Part shown: positions 26,363-38,999 of the stretch, in pieces
How the letters are laid out: each line of letters starts with the position of its first letter
Position numbering within the stretch: position 1 is the first letter of the stretch
Source of the DNA: Malacoraja senta
Taxonomy: Eukaryota
Length of the DNA stretch: 64,000 bases
Assembly: GCA_038087875.1 (NCBI GenBank)
Contig: CM075994.1
Location: 2,916,001 to 2,980,000 of the forward strand
Direction: 5' to 3'
The notes under the pieces: model-generated
Told to the model about the DNA's origin: nothing
Databases searched by the model: none
Seen by the model: only the letters and a program-made list of their open reading frames with translations
Translations under genes and position numbers: made by a program

Positions 26363-29300
26363 GTCGCCTGTCCATTCCCTCCACCGACGCTGCGGACCCG
26401 CTGGTCACTACAGTACGTTGTGTTTTGAGCAGACCATTCGACTTCACCGTTCAATCAGGTCAGGGCTGGTATACATGGCTACATGCGGCCTGGTCTCCCT
26501 CATACCCACCCACACAAGAATTCTGCCACCAGGCTCAGTCTCGGTCGCTTTGATTGTCCCCGGATTTGGATGAGATTTCTCTTTCCCGATCACTTCCTGA
26601 CCCCGCTCCTGAAAGACCTAGTTCTATTTATAGAAAGGAACCGCGGATGCTGGTTTACATCGAAAAGAGACACAACATGCTAGAGTAAAGACGGGTCTCG
26701 TCCCGAAACGTCACTTAGTCATTTTCTCCAGAGATGTTGCCAGTGCCGCTGAGTTACTCCAGCATTTTGTGTCTATCTTCTATTTATAGGATTTCGTTCA
26801 CCACCCCTCCCCAACGCACTATCATCTTCTCCACGGTTCTTGATGCGCCCCCAGCTCTAGGGATAATTCCCCACTCTCTGGCTATCCAACCCTTTAGCAT
26901 TTCGATCAGATCCAACCAACGCCGCCTCCTCTCCTTTGCTCAAAGATATATAAACCTGCAATTTCTCCCTCTGAATGTAGCGTCCCTGTGTTCATATTCA
27001 CGTAAATTGCTTAATATCAAATATTTGCAATATTTTTAAGTGCACTCAAACGAGTCAATCTAGAACAAAGAAGAGGGTGGAGAAGGAGTTAATAACTTTA
27101 GAGATTTTGTTTATATTACGACAAATATGTCCTGAGAGTTATTTAATAGAAGGTGATGAATGAAGACGGGATTATATTATCTGAAGCACGGTTTCGACCC
27201 GTTGCCTGTCCATTTCCCCCCACAGATGCTGCCTGCCCCCCTGAGTTCCTCCAGCGCTTTAGGTTTTGCACAGGATTCCAGCATCTGCAGTTCCTTATGT
27301 CTCCCATATTATTTATCACCCTGGCTTTCCTTTCCTTGATTACAGTGTTACTTTCCCCGGCAGTCTGGGTTCACTTTTTTCTGTGAAGTAGACCCATAAC
27401 CATATATGTTGGCGTGAATGAGCGCTATGTGTTCCTTGGCATTTGTGGGGACTACTCTCACCAAACTCGGCCGAGTCAATATCTTGGCGCCTCACGCTGC
27501 TTAAAATGTTCACAGCGTGCACATTCTAATAAAGAATTGTAAACCAAACCGATATGCCAACTACAAATTTTAAATTAATGGTTTATTCCAATATTATCTT
27601 AAATTACTCTAGCTTTAAAACACATCAAGATTTATCTCCAAATCGTTTATTCTAGTTTATCTCCGTTTAGATTTATAAATCTAGTTAGCGGGGTTAGTGT
27701 TAATAGGCGCGATTATAAATTATAAACGTCTGCTTATTTTAGGAACACGCTCTGAGTATATAACGTTGGTTCTATGACTGGGTAAACATTGAGCGCTGGA
27801 AAACCTAGTTTAAGGGACTTTTGGATAGGCATATGCATATGCTGGGAATGGAGAGTTGTGGATTGTGCGCAGGTAGATAAGAGATGGTCTTTGCATCATG
27901 TTCGGCACAGACATTGTGGGCCGAAGGGCCCGTTCTTATGCTGTACTGTTCTATGTTCACGCAATTCCAGGTACTGACTATCAATTGTGACAACTGTCCG
28001 TTTGAGGATAATTATTGCGACAGGAAAGAAGAAGAGTAATAAGAGATTAGCTTGAAGTCCACTTAGCAGCGGGACTTGCTCAACCTTTTCATTATTTCTG
28101 GTACCCAGGTGATACATTCCCCACTCAGGAAGCACCAGACGCCAGCGCTCGACTCCCTGTCTCAAGATTTGTGGACGTTCAGTCTACGCATTCACCGCTG
28201 TTAAATGGAATGATTCAACGCCATTAAAAATATGACATTACAAAATAATGATTCATAGGAAGCATATTAAAGATTATTTCGGCGTATTTGGAAAGTATTG
28301 GATCGATGATCAACAGCCGGACAAAGCTGTGTCGGAATGATTCTGAATCAAAATGGAAGATAGCAGGAAATGGGGCCAGAATGATATCTCTCTGTGTGAC
28401 GAATTATTTAGCCAGGGCATGTTCGACTGTCGATAACCGGTGAAAAGTTTATGTTCAACAAAAGAAAAGCATCTTTAGCAAGAAATTAGCTCGGCTTATT
28501 TAAAGAAACACCACTTTTTTTCCTGTTGGAGCCATTTAATATAGATTATGAACATGTATATAATTAACGTCAGGGACGCAAACTGACTTTAATTATAGCC
28601 AGATAATTGGAAAAATAGGTTAAAAAAACGATCTCAGTAGAAAATTGAACTGTGTGAAAATTGACCACCGGCAGTATTTCATTTGAACACAATCAGAAGA
28701 TAAAATATCGTAAAGCGGGTAATACCTCGGGGTTGCGTTTTTAAGAATTCCATAATATAGGCGCTAATACACAGAATCAAATGTTTTCCTTCTTTGCTGA
28801 TATCCCTCTCATTTTGCGACTTACTCGTCAGAAAACAACATGATTCATGAATTATGAAAGGCGCGTTTGCAGCTGACATTAAATGTTTGTTCCATTTCTG
28901 CTACATTACAAGCAGGTAGATCAGAAGAGCTATTTATTCTGTATAGGAAGGAACTGCAGATGCTGCTTTAAACCGAAGATAGACACAAAAAGCGAGAGTT
29001 ACTTTGCGGGTCAGGGAGCATCTTTAGAGAAAAGAAGGTGACGTTCCGGGTCGAGACCCTTCTTCGGACTCAGGCTATTTATTCTGCTGTGTGTTTGGAT
29101 TTTACAATTATTAAAGGGTGGAGGAAGGAGTTTTATGAGACTGTATTATGTATAGTTATAACCCCAGAATGATCAGAAATTATTCAATTGACCATGTTCC
29201 GAGTTTATCTGTGGAGGGCGGAACAGAAAAAAAGAAAAGAATGCTCCAATTTCTGTTATTTCCCCAGTGATTGCATTAGAATGAATAGAATGTGCAGGGA

Positions 29301-31348
29301 AGGTATATTGAACATATTTGTGAATTACAGTGAATTACAGCCCATATCCCACTCCAATGGAGGGGCACGTACAGGGAGCGGAACTTGGTTGCATTGAATA
29401 TGACAGGATTTTTAAATATGTTTTTTAAATATGATTTAAACATTAAAAACAGTCGTCCGCTTCATGTTGCAGCCAGTGCTCTATGCAATGCCCACAATGA
29501 GGCGCGTTAATGTATTCAATGGCCTACAGCAAGGATTCATCCCAAAACAGACACAGACAGCAAATGCATTTTCACCGTCGTTTTTTAAAGTAATTCTTCC
29601 TATTGGGTAATGCACATGTCAATTTATATTTCAATATTTCAAAGTTGCAAAATTACTGCAAACCTGTACGCCTAGATGTTGTTATTACACACACCCCCTT
29701 ACGTTTTAATTAATCACCTAATTCTACCAATACCCCAAATGCGTTGTTCTAAGTGCTGCATCTTTTTTAAATGGACTCAAAATAAAGCCCAAAAATATAA
29801 AAAATCTATCTAGAGTAGTTAGTATGCGAGGTAAATTGGTACGGATGCGGACAAAGGAACAAGATAGTCCCTTAAAATAACCCGGCAGTCAGTCATGTGT
29901 GTGTGTTGCATTAAACTTGTCAGAGTGGTGTAGGAAAAGTCCAATGAGGGATTAATGTTTTGGTTTGGACTAGGCACATCGAGACTTGAAATGAAGACAG
30001 AAAGAAAACGATAAAAAAAAAATTCTGGGGGGGAAAAAACTTGATTAAAAAAAAAAATGAGAGAAGTTGCTCTCCGTTTAGTGTTGACACTAACTCGGTT
30101 AGTTTAAGGACATGACTCAAAATAACAGAATTGAACCTCGGGCTTTCAATCAGATTTTTATAAATAATTAAACACTCTCAGTTGCTCATATTATGACGGG
30201 GGGGGGGGGGGGGGGGACAATTCAAGTCTATTCCCTTTCCCTCTCGTGCACAGACAATAAAAAAATGTTTTGGAAGCTGATTGTGAATCTGCATTTTAAT
30301 TTGACTGTGCGTGATACAATCTTGCCACCGACATTGCAGGGAGTCTGAAAGCGGGAATGCTCTCCCTCGGATTGCCCTGTCAACAACGTTTTCCATCACA
30401 TCCCATGTTTACGAGGCTCAATGCACCGTGGAGGGAAATGTGGATTAGCGGGTGCGGCGGGGCGCCCTCCATGGCAGCCCGCTCGGACCCGCGAAGCAAA
30501 CCGCTCAGACCTCCAGCGACAAGAACAAAACATACATCGAACGGCAGTAAGCGAAGGTCGAGACTGCGGTAGGATCATTTCCACCTCGTGTATTTTCCAA
30601 GATTCAGTGTGTGGGGACCTCGATCACAATTCCCAAAGTTTACCCCCAAATATTCCCTGGCTCGCATTTATATATTTACGTTAGCCAGAGCTCTGATTTC
30701 AATTATGACTGAAGGAAAAAACACAAACCTCGCTAAAATAATTCTCCTTTGATATGAAGATTGGGCCAACACCGTAGTCATGTCGACACGTGATCCTTTG
30801 GACAAAATATGCGGAATATTATTGGCCATTTGACCGGGGCTTCCGCCATTCCCCTGTTGGGGCTAATTTTAATTCCTTGCATTTTCACACTTTAAACAAA
30901 ATCATCACAAACGCCACCGCTGGAAAGCATGCTAACCCGGATCAAGGAACAAGCTCCATCGCAACAAAAATATTATGTTTTAAGCCATTCGTTCTAAATC
31001 AACAGAATTTGACCTTTTCAAAGGCCGTGCAAGGCTCTGCGCATCCACGAAAATGTTTTGTATTTGCAATTTTGTTTCTTGCATCAAATCCAAAGCACTT
31101 TTCAATTGTGTTGAAGACTTTGCAAAACACCCACACACAACACACATACAGGCACACTAAAAAAAAACGATGTACAAATAACGTGAAATGTATATTATTT
31201 ATCTGGTTTTTTTTCTGTTGCAATAAACCCGCGGCAAAACCCTGAGCAATGCAAACAAGGTTTCGGCAATTTCAGATTGTACCAAAGCAAAGAAGAAATA
31301 AATATTTGCACAGCGGCCCAAGTTGTACAGAAACCCTGTTTGACTGTG

Positions 31349-31354
31349 TTTATT
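31349..31354 (-). terminator. Candidate polyadenylation signal of FoxG
   Basis: First canonical AATAAA I found on the minus strand after the stop (about 670 nt downstream), followed by T/GT-rich sequence. Confidence 0.5.
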
Positions 31355-31528
31355 AAGGCGCTTTTATAGAGAGTAACGAAGCAAATGATGCAACCATTTT
31401 AGGTAGGAACACAAAAAAAGTCACCATATATTTTGCTTACTACTTCCAATATAATTAATTAGCACAAAATAATTAACCTAAAATGGTCTGGAGAGATATT
31501 GTGTACCATATTAAATTATGAATACATA

Positions 31529-31648
31529 TATGTACATTTTTTTAAATAAATAATAAATATTGTGGAACACTCAAAAAAGAAAAAAACCCAACAAACTTAC
31601 TCCAACCGTTTCGGATATTTTGGATTATACGATAGTGTTACCTTTGGT
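31529..31648 (-). promoter_or_regulatory. FoxG 3' UTR motif cluster: miR-9 seed match, AU-rich element, Pumilio element
   Basis: Minus strand: ACCAAAG (31648-31642), ATATTTATTATTTATTTA (31560-31543), TGTACATA (31536-31529). Confidence 0.5.
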
Positions 31649-32024
31649 TAAAGAGAAATCCAGATTTCAGACTAAAGATAACGGTTTCCCTTTTTTGCTG
31701 CTTTTATATTACAAAGCAAACCGGTTGCAATGTTTCTTTTGCTCTCCATTTAAATTAGAAAAAGGCAGACTTTTTTTTGCCGTTCGCGGTAGAAGCTGTG
31801 CAAGGTGTCTTCGACTTTAATATTGTTACGTTTACAGGATGAGACTACAGCCTGGAGTTTCTTTCTTTCAATGATTGTTTTTTTTCCCCAGAACACGAAT
31901 TTAAAGTCAATTTTCGACTATCACAAGAAATAATAATCTAGCAAATGTATCAGCCCGGGCTTCTTGAAGCAAGGTGCAGCTGTGGTTTTTGCATAGCGTT
32001 TGTTTTGCTCGGCAGGGGCCTAGA

Positions 32025-33116
32025 TCAGTGCAAAAACGCGTTGTTGGGGGCTCCTACGTTCTGCTGCGACAGGTAGCTGGTAAATCCAGCGGCCAATCCG
32101 GATGGGAAGGTGGAAAGGGACGGTCTGAGGGTCTCGGAGAGAAGGGAAGTGGCTAGTGGGGGTGAGCTGGAGGGTGCACCCGGATTCCCCATCCCGGGTC
32201 CGTTCTGCTGCTGCACCGCCTGCGTGTGATGCAAGGATGGGAAGAAGTAGCCGGCTTGCCCCGCCAGCAAGCTGACGGAGCAAGGGTTCACCGTGTACCC
32301 GCACTGTACAGATCCCCTCAACAACGGGTGAGATATATCCCCGCTCGCCATCTGCTCCACCCCGGATCCGCAACCGCCGAGCAACGAGCTGTAACTGGGA
32401 GCCTGGTTCAAAAAACTGGAGGCGGCGCTGGAGTAATTGAGAGTGTTGTGCGGATGGTGCAATGAAAGGAAGGGTGACAGCGGCCAATACAAGGGGTTGC
32501 TGCGTTCCACCAAGCCCAGTCCAGACGTCGAAAGGCGAAGCCCCCTCTTGAAAGCCAATTTGCCCCGGGACGTGACCGACCTCCGGCGAAGTTTGCCCGT
32601 CGTCCCGCCGATGAACACGTCGTCGCTGGACGGGTCCAGCATCCAGTAATTACCCTTGCCAGGGTCGTCGTAATGCCGAGGCACTTTGACGAAACACTTA
32701 TTGAGGCTGAGGTTGTGGCGGATGGAGTTCTGCCAGCCTTGCTTGTTCTCTCGGTAGTAGGGGAAATTCCTCATGATGAACTCGTAGATCCCGTTGAGGG
32801 TCAGGCGCTTCTCGGCGCTCTGTCGGATTGCCATCATGATCAGGGCGTTGTAACTAAAGGGCGGCTTGTCATATTTCCCCTGTTTCTTCTCCTCCTTCTT
32901 CTGATCGCCCCCCTCGCTGACGACCTGTGTCTCCGGACGCTCCTGATACTTCAAGTCAGCTTTGACTGCCCCGCTCTCGGTCTCGCCGCCTTTCCCGCTC
33001 GGGAAGTCGCTTCTATGAGTGCTCTCGTTCTGATGAAAATCTTCGGGGAGCAAAAGGTTCTTAATACTGAAGGAGGTGGATTTCGGAACCATTTTCGGCT
33101 GCTCCTCATCTCCCAT
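32025..33116 (-). CDS. FOXG1-like: Forkhead box G family transcription factor (FoxG1-like; likely FoxG2/FoxG3-type paralog), single exon, 363 aa
   Basis: Intact ORF. N-terminal eh1 motif FSIKNLL. Forkhead domain from K84 ([16 protein letters not shown]...[52 protein letters not shown]) is nearly identical to FoxG1. The FoxG-specific blocks [27 protein letters not shown] and LRPSL..F..GL are retained, while the linkers are diverged. Confidence 0.95.
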   Translation of the reverse strand: MGDEEQPKMVPKSTSFSIKNLLLPEDFHQNESTHRSDFPSGKGGETESGAVKADLKYQERPETQVVSEGGDQKKEEKKQGKYDKPPFSYNALIMMAIRQSAEKRLTLNGIYEFIMRNFPYYRENKQGWQNSIRHNLSLNKCFVKVPRHYDDPGKGNYWMLDPSSDDVFIGGTTGKLRRRSVTSRGKLAFKRGLRLSTSGLGLVERSNPLYWPLSPFLSLHHPHNTLNYSSAASSFLNQAPSYSSLLGGCGSGVEQMASGDISHPLLRGSVQCGYTVNPCSVSLLAGQAGYFFPSLHHTQAVQQQNGPGMGNPGAPSSSPPLATSLLSETLRPSLSTFPSGLAAGFTSYLSQQNVGAPNNAFLH

Positions 33117-33138
33117 CCTCGGGATGACGCCGCGCTAC

Positions 33139-33205
33139 CCCCTCTCTCTCTCTCCCTCTCTCTCTCTCCCCCTCTCTCTCTCTCCCTTCCTCTCTCACTC
33201 TCTCG
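33139..33205. repeat. Imperfect (CT)n/(GA)n tract in the putative FoxG 5' UTR
   Basis: Directly visible. Confidence 0.85.
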
Positions 33206-33299
33206 CTTCCAATCGCCGTTTCAGACAATTAAAGGCAAGGTCAAGAGGAGCGCGGAGGAGCGACCGGAACGCGACAGGCAGCGAGGAATAACGTGGGGC

Positions 33300-33460
33300 A
33301 ACCTCCATCAAAACAGGTAATTAACTGGGGGGAGGGGGGGGGGTAGTAACGCCTCCATCAATGTTACTTTAAACATATTCCACCCCCCTCCCCCAGACAT
33401 GTCCAATCAGGTGTGAGTGGAGGGCGCTCTAACCCGCCTCCTTCTGGCCAATCAGCTTAA
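33300..33460 (-). promoter_or_regulatory. Putative FoxG proximal promoter with two CCAAT boxes and a GC-box-like motif
   Basis: CCAATCAG starting at 33403 and 33448, CCCGCC at 33433-33438 and G/C runs, about 300 nt upstream of the ATG in unique sequence. Confidence 0.55.
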
Positions 33461-34573
33461 AGATGTATCTGTTTGGGTCGTGAAACTGATTTGAAATTGA
33501 CCAACGCGGTCTGGAGCAAAGATGTCTGGAGGGTGAAGCGGCGAGGGGAGGAAGGCACCGGATCACGCAGGTATTGGATCGATTACCCTCCTGTCATGTA
33601 TTCAAGATGTTTTTTGTTGTTTTTTAAAACTTTATTTGTGTTTCTGGCCCTGGCTGGACCGAGTCGGAGGAGAGCAAATCAAATTATGTCCTGGTATATG
33701 TAAATACAAGGAACTGCAGATGCTGGTTAATACACACAGCCAGAGTTACTCAGCGGGTCAGGCAGCACCCCTGGAGAACATGGATAGGTGACCTTTCGGG
33801 TCAGGGCCCATCTTCACTCTGATTGTGATGGGGGGGGGGGGGGGAGACTGGAAGAGAGGTGGGGGCAGGACAAAGCCTGGCAAATGATAGGTGGAAAGAA
33901 GGAACTGTTGTTTTGTAAACCAGATGTTGGATTACTAAATAAAAAGACACAAAGTGCTGGTGTAATTAAACGGGACAGGCAGCATCCCCGGAGAACACGG
34001 GGTCGGTGACGTTTCGGACCGGGGCCTTTCTTCAGATATTGTAGGAGGATGGGGGGAGCTGGGAAAGAGAAGAGGCAGGACAAAGCGTGGCAGGTAATAG
34101 GTCTGGGAGAGATGTTCTCCAGAGATGTTGTGTGAACAACTGAGTAACTCCAGCACTTTAAGGTGTTTTTTTAAATCATGCATCTGCAGTTCCTCATATC
34201 TAATGTTCTGAGAACATGAATTTATGTATATTTTAAAAACGTACTAAGTTCTTTAGTTGGACAATCAATCTCCCCTTTCGCTGTTAACCTTGTTGAAAAT
34301 ATGGACACATAAAGCTTGCTATATTTCCAAAAAACGTATCCGTTAATGGCTGTGCCGCGCTATTAACGTGAGCGCGTCCGCAAGGCTTAACAATTAGTCG
34401 CGGAGAGATCAACAAAGCCTCTCAAATTAGACAGTGCAAGGAATGAAGTTTTTTAAGAGGGCCTTTTGTCTGGTGCTAATTGGGGCGAGGAAGCGCCGAT
34501 CGCAATCTCGGTCGTGGGTCAGTGCTGCTGATGTTTCTGCAGGAACCCTTGATTCGGCAAAGGCCTCTGCCTT

Positions 34574-34598
34574 TGTGTGTGTGTGTGTGTGTGTGTGT
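34574..34598. repeat. (TG)n microsatellite
   Basis: Directly visible. Confidence 0.9.
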
Positions 34599-35417
34599 TT
34601 TAAAGGAAAATCGGTGTTCATTTCCCAAGCCCACGGAAGCAGCAGATACTTAAAGTAGACGCAAGGAAATGCAGGCACATAAAAAAGTCCCGAAGTAACT
34701 CAGCGGGCCAGGCAGCGTCTCTGGAGAACATGGATAGATGAGGTTTCGGGTTGCGACCTTTCAGGCTTAAAGTAACAGGACGGGCCACTGTGATTGAGTA
34801 AGACATAGAGCCATGCACAAGATGAGAAAAAATCGCGTGGAAATAAATCTCTCGTACTCCGGGTTCTCAACTTACTGTCACATAGCGCGTCTAAAGTCTA
34901 AAAATATGCATAATATATATAAGCACAAAAGATTGCAGATGCTGGAATCTTGAGTAAAACACAACGTGCTGGGGTAACTCAGCAGGCCAGGCAGCTTCTG
35001 TGGAGGGAATGGACAGGCCACGTCAGGATCCTTTTTCAGAGTGGTAATAGTGCACCTGTTCTGATCTGATTCAGGTTTGGAATAATTTCATGTTTTGTGG
35101 GGAGGGCGAATAACTGAAAACTTATTAGAACAAGAAACAAGAGAATAATTGACGGGAAGTATGGAAGAGCATTAATTTCGATAACCTCGACAATTGTGAC
35201 AATATGTGACAATTGGAGATAGGCAGAAACGCGGCAGTCACGTTTACTGCTACAGCTGCATAGCCGCCTTCTATCGACCTCGAAGCAATGGGAACGCAAC
35301 CCTGTTAAAAAAAACGCGTAGAGAGGAACTGCAGATGCTGGTTTAAACCGAAGACAGACACAAAAGGCTGGAGTAAATCAGCGGACCAGGCAGCATCTCT
35401 GGTGAAAAGGAATGGGT

Positions 35418-35445
35418 GACATTTCGGGTCGAGACCCTTCTTCAG
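35418..35445 (-). ncRNA. Hammerhead core in a Penelope terminal repeat (ACGT decayed to ATGT)
   Basis: Minus strand CTGAAGA-A-GGGTCTCGACCC-GAAA-TG-TC. Confidence 0.6.
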
Positions 35446-38400
35446 ACTGAGAGTCAAGAGAAAGGGGAAGGAGAGATATGCACCTTGGAGAAATGAATGC
35501 AAAAAGATATGCAAAAAAGCACCGATAACCAAGGACATGTGGGGCACACAATAGGCCATTGTTGGGTGTAGGACAGGTGACAACGAGTAAAAACGCGACG
35601 GCATCGTTTAAGATAGGGACTAGCGAGTGTTATATATCGCAGCTGCTACAGTATGATTCCGATATACGCGTGACGTTTTACAGATTCTTTTTTAAAGTCA
35701 AAATGAGGCTGGAATTAAGGCCTACATATCTCTAGACGTTCTGAAAGCGAAGCGCCGTTTATCATTCGACAATAGGTAGGAGCCTGCGATTGAAGTTCAT
35801 GGGTGATAAAATAGAAGGGACAACATATGTCCTCCATACTGCACCAAAATCTTCAAATTTTGAAATCCCATCTCCCAATTATTTTCCAAATTTAAAAAAA
35901 CAACACAATTTGCTCTCTCCCCTCCCATCTAAACCTTAATCAGAAACAGTTCAAACATTTTTTCCAACATTAACCCAATTTAAAAATGCTTGGGATATTG
36001 CTTGATATTTCCGTTCAAGAAACTCTGAAAATTAACCATAACTAAATACTTTATGTTTATTGTTTACAGTGAACAGTTACGATTGAGACCAGCCAATTCA
36101 GACTTAAGTAAAGTGCGCGTTGGTATAAAAATATTTAGATGCGTTCTACCGCATAGTTAATGGCGATTAAGTGAAAACATTAATATTTTCTTAAGTATCT
36201 TAAAACAATTCAGTAAGTCAAATTTCAATATATTCAAATAAGTTTTAAAGTCAATTTCAAATTACATTTATAATTGTTAGTGGGCATTTTGAATATTTAG
36301 TCGAAAGTTTATTTTCTAGGGGGGTATCTTAAAACAATCCATTCCAACATATTCAACCTGAACTTTACAACCATAGGGTCCATAAACAATGGTAGATAGT
36401 GACTTCAATCGGCCATTAATTCTAACACTTCAGATAAGAGAACAAAAAAGCAATTGAATTGTTTATAACCAATTTAGCACTGAACTATACGGAATATAGC
36501 ATTCGCCAATGCGCCAAATTCTGGCGAATATAGCATATGGACTGAGTGGGCTGTTCCCATGCATGCGGATTGTCTTTACGTATGGCAATAATCTCACTGA
36601 TCAATATACAAAACAAATGTTTCACTGTACCTTGGTATACGTGACTATAAAAGAACCATTGAACTCTTCTACGAAATGTATATGAATATTATTAAAATCA
36701 GGTAGAATTTGCAACAGCTCATTGAAGTGAAATGAAACATTAAATATCTGTGTTTGAGTGAGTTTATTTCATTCCACTATTAAGGTTCGGATGGAAGTTC
36801 TATTTTTAAATTTGCTTGCTCGCTCGTTGATCTTCAGAGTTCTTTCGTTGTAAACCCTGCCGCCTCGCTTGTCTTTCTCTGTACCATTTATCTTTCTCGG
36901 TATCTGCTATCGCTTTCTAACTGTATACACGCCCGTGCATCCAGAAAGTTTTCCAAGTGCATGTTTCTCAGTTTGTTGCAAGAATATAAACAGAGTTGTA
37001 TAACAGTCCGCTGAAGTTCCAGTCTAGCCGACACCACACTCCGTCCTCGCCATTTGCTGAATGGACAAGATTATTGCACTCCTGTTCTTTACATTTGTTT
37101 CAATCATATCGTTATTTTGAAGTGAAAACTTGCCTCTTCGATGTGTATTTTTTAAAACTGCTTTGTAGAACCCCTTATTAAAACTAACAGTGTTCTGGGA
37201 GTAAATTTGACCAATGCGATTGGGTAATTAAGAGGCAAACTAGTTCCAGGGAACAGAGTGTAGAGGGATAAATAGAATCCTGTTGACTGGTATTTTTGGG
37301 ACGAGGTACACAAAAATAAATGATCAACTCTGCCGTCCCGAATCGTTTGAGTGAGAATGTGTTAAGATTAGCTGAACATTTCTTCATTTGAGACCTGACC
37401 CGCTGACTTACTCCAGCATTTGTGTCTATCTTCATTTGATTAAATCCTCACCGTTAGCGGCGTGCACACTCGCTTAAAGATTCAGATATGACCCTGGGTC
37501 AGACAGTTAAAGGCAAAAAATATTCAAGAGAGATAAGAGTCTGCAGATGCTCGGATATTGAGCAAAACACAAAGAGCTAGAGAAATCCGAGAACCAGAGG
37601 ACACAGGTATGAGGTGAGGGGGGGGGGGGGGTTAATACGAACCTGAGGGGAAACTTTTTTACGCAAAGGGTAATGGGTGTATGGAACGAACTGCCGAAGG
37701 CAGTAGAGGCAGGTACTTTCGCAACGTTTAAGAAACATTCAGGCAGGTACATGGGTAGGATAGGTTTAGAGGGCAGACAGGTGGGACTAGTGTGGGTGGG
37801 ACATTTTGGTAGGTGCGGGCAAGTTGGGCCGAAGGGCCTGTTTTCACGCTGTATGACTGTGACTATGACAATATCTCAGCCGGTCAGGCAGCATCTGTGA
37901 AGAGAATGGACAGACAACTTTTCGGGTCGGGACCCTTCTTCGGTCCTGACTTGGAACGTCGCCTGTCCATTCCCTCCACAGATGCTGCCTGAACCGCTGA
38001 GTTCCTCCAGCGCTTAATGTTTTGCTCATATTTTTATAACATATATATTCAGTCAGATTAATATAATACGCACGCTTCGCTCTCCCCCTAAATTGCCAGA
38101 GGTGGGTGAAGATGCGTGTAGTTTTTATATTCTGATCTATGGATTTTAAATCAAACCTTATCGAAAGGGTATTCGATTTTTTTAAATCGGTGTGTGCAGT
38201 AGGTCTTCTACCCGCTCCATCCCCCCTCCTAATGACGTACAGCAATCTCGTTGTTCAGGGATTCAGGGACTCAGTAATGGCAATTTGTCAGCCTTTCCAC
38301 CCAACTATCAAATTACGGCCTTACGAGGACCCGTGTACGAAATGAGAATTCAATTTTGAGATATGTTTTACGTTAGCGCGGCCTCGTTGTTAAATCCTGG

Positions 38401-38999
38401 CCACGCCACTCTCTCGGATTCGCTCATTGAACTGTTTTGACCGGTGGCGTAGTAAGAAGGGTCCCAACCCCAAACGTCACCTATTCCTTTTCTCCAGAGA
38501 TGCTGTTTGACCCGCTGAGATACTCCAGCTTCCTGTGTCTATCTTCGGTTTAAACCGGCTTCTGCAGTTCCTTCCTAACGCCCATGCAAGTTCTCCAGAG
38601 ACGCTGCTCGACCCGCTGAGTTACTCCGGCACTTTGTGTCTTTTTATTGTAGATTTTTCACACACAGAGAGTTGTGAGTCTGTGGAATTCTCTGCCTCAG
38701 TATTCTCTGGATAATTTCAAGAGAGAGATAGATAGGGCTCTTAAAGATAGCGGAGTCAAGGGATATGGGGAGAAGGCAGGAACGGGGTACTGATTGGGGA
38801 TGATCTGCCATGATCACATTGAATGGCGGTGCTGGCTTGAAGGGCCGAATGGCCTACTCCTGCACCTATGGTCTATTGTCTATTTTAGGTTGACTAATTT
38901 CCCTCAACCTCCGGCCACTCGGCCCAGGAAGATCCCAACCTCTCTTTTTCCAGCTTTCTCCACATTTCCGCCCCTACTCCAATCAGTCTGAAGTTGAGT

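Noticed and set aside
26131..26573. FYVL-repeat ORFs that look like membrane proteins
   Set aside because: Translations of the 7-bp tandem repeat.
30790..31245. 151-aa plus-strand ORF downstream of FoxG
   Set aside because: Non-ATG start, AT-rich, no motifs; probably chance.
32673..33320. 215-aa plus-strand ORF overlapping FoxG
   Set aside because: Antisense shadow of a GC-rich CDS that runs through a (CT)n tract; no recognisable domain.
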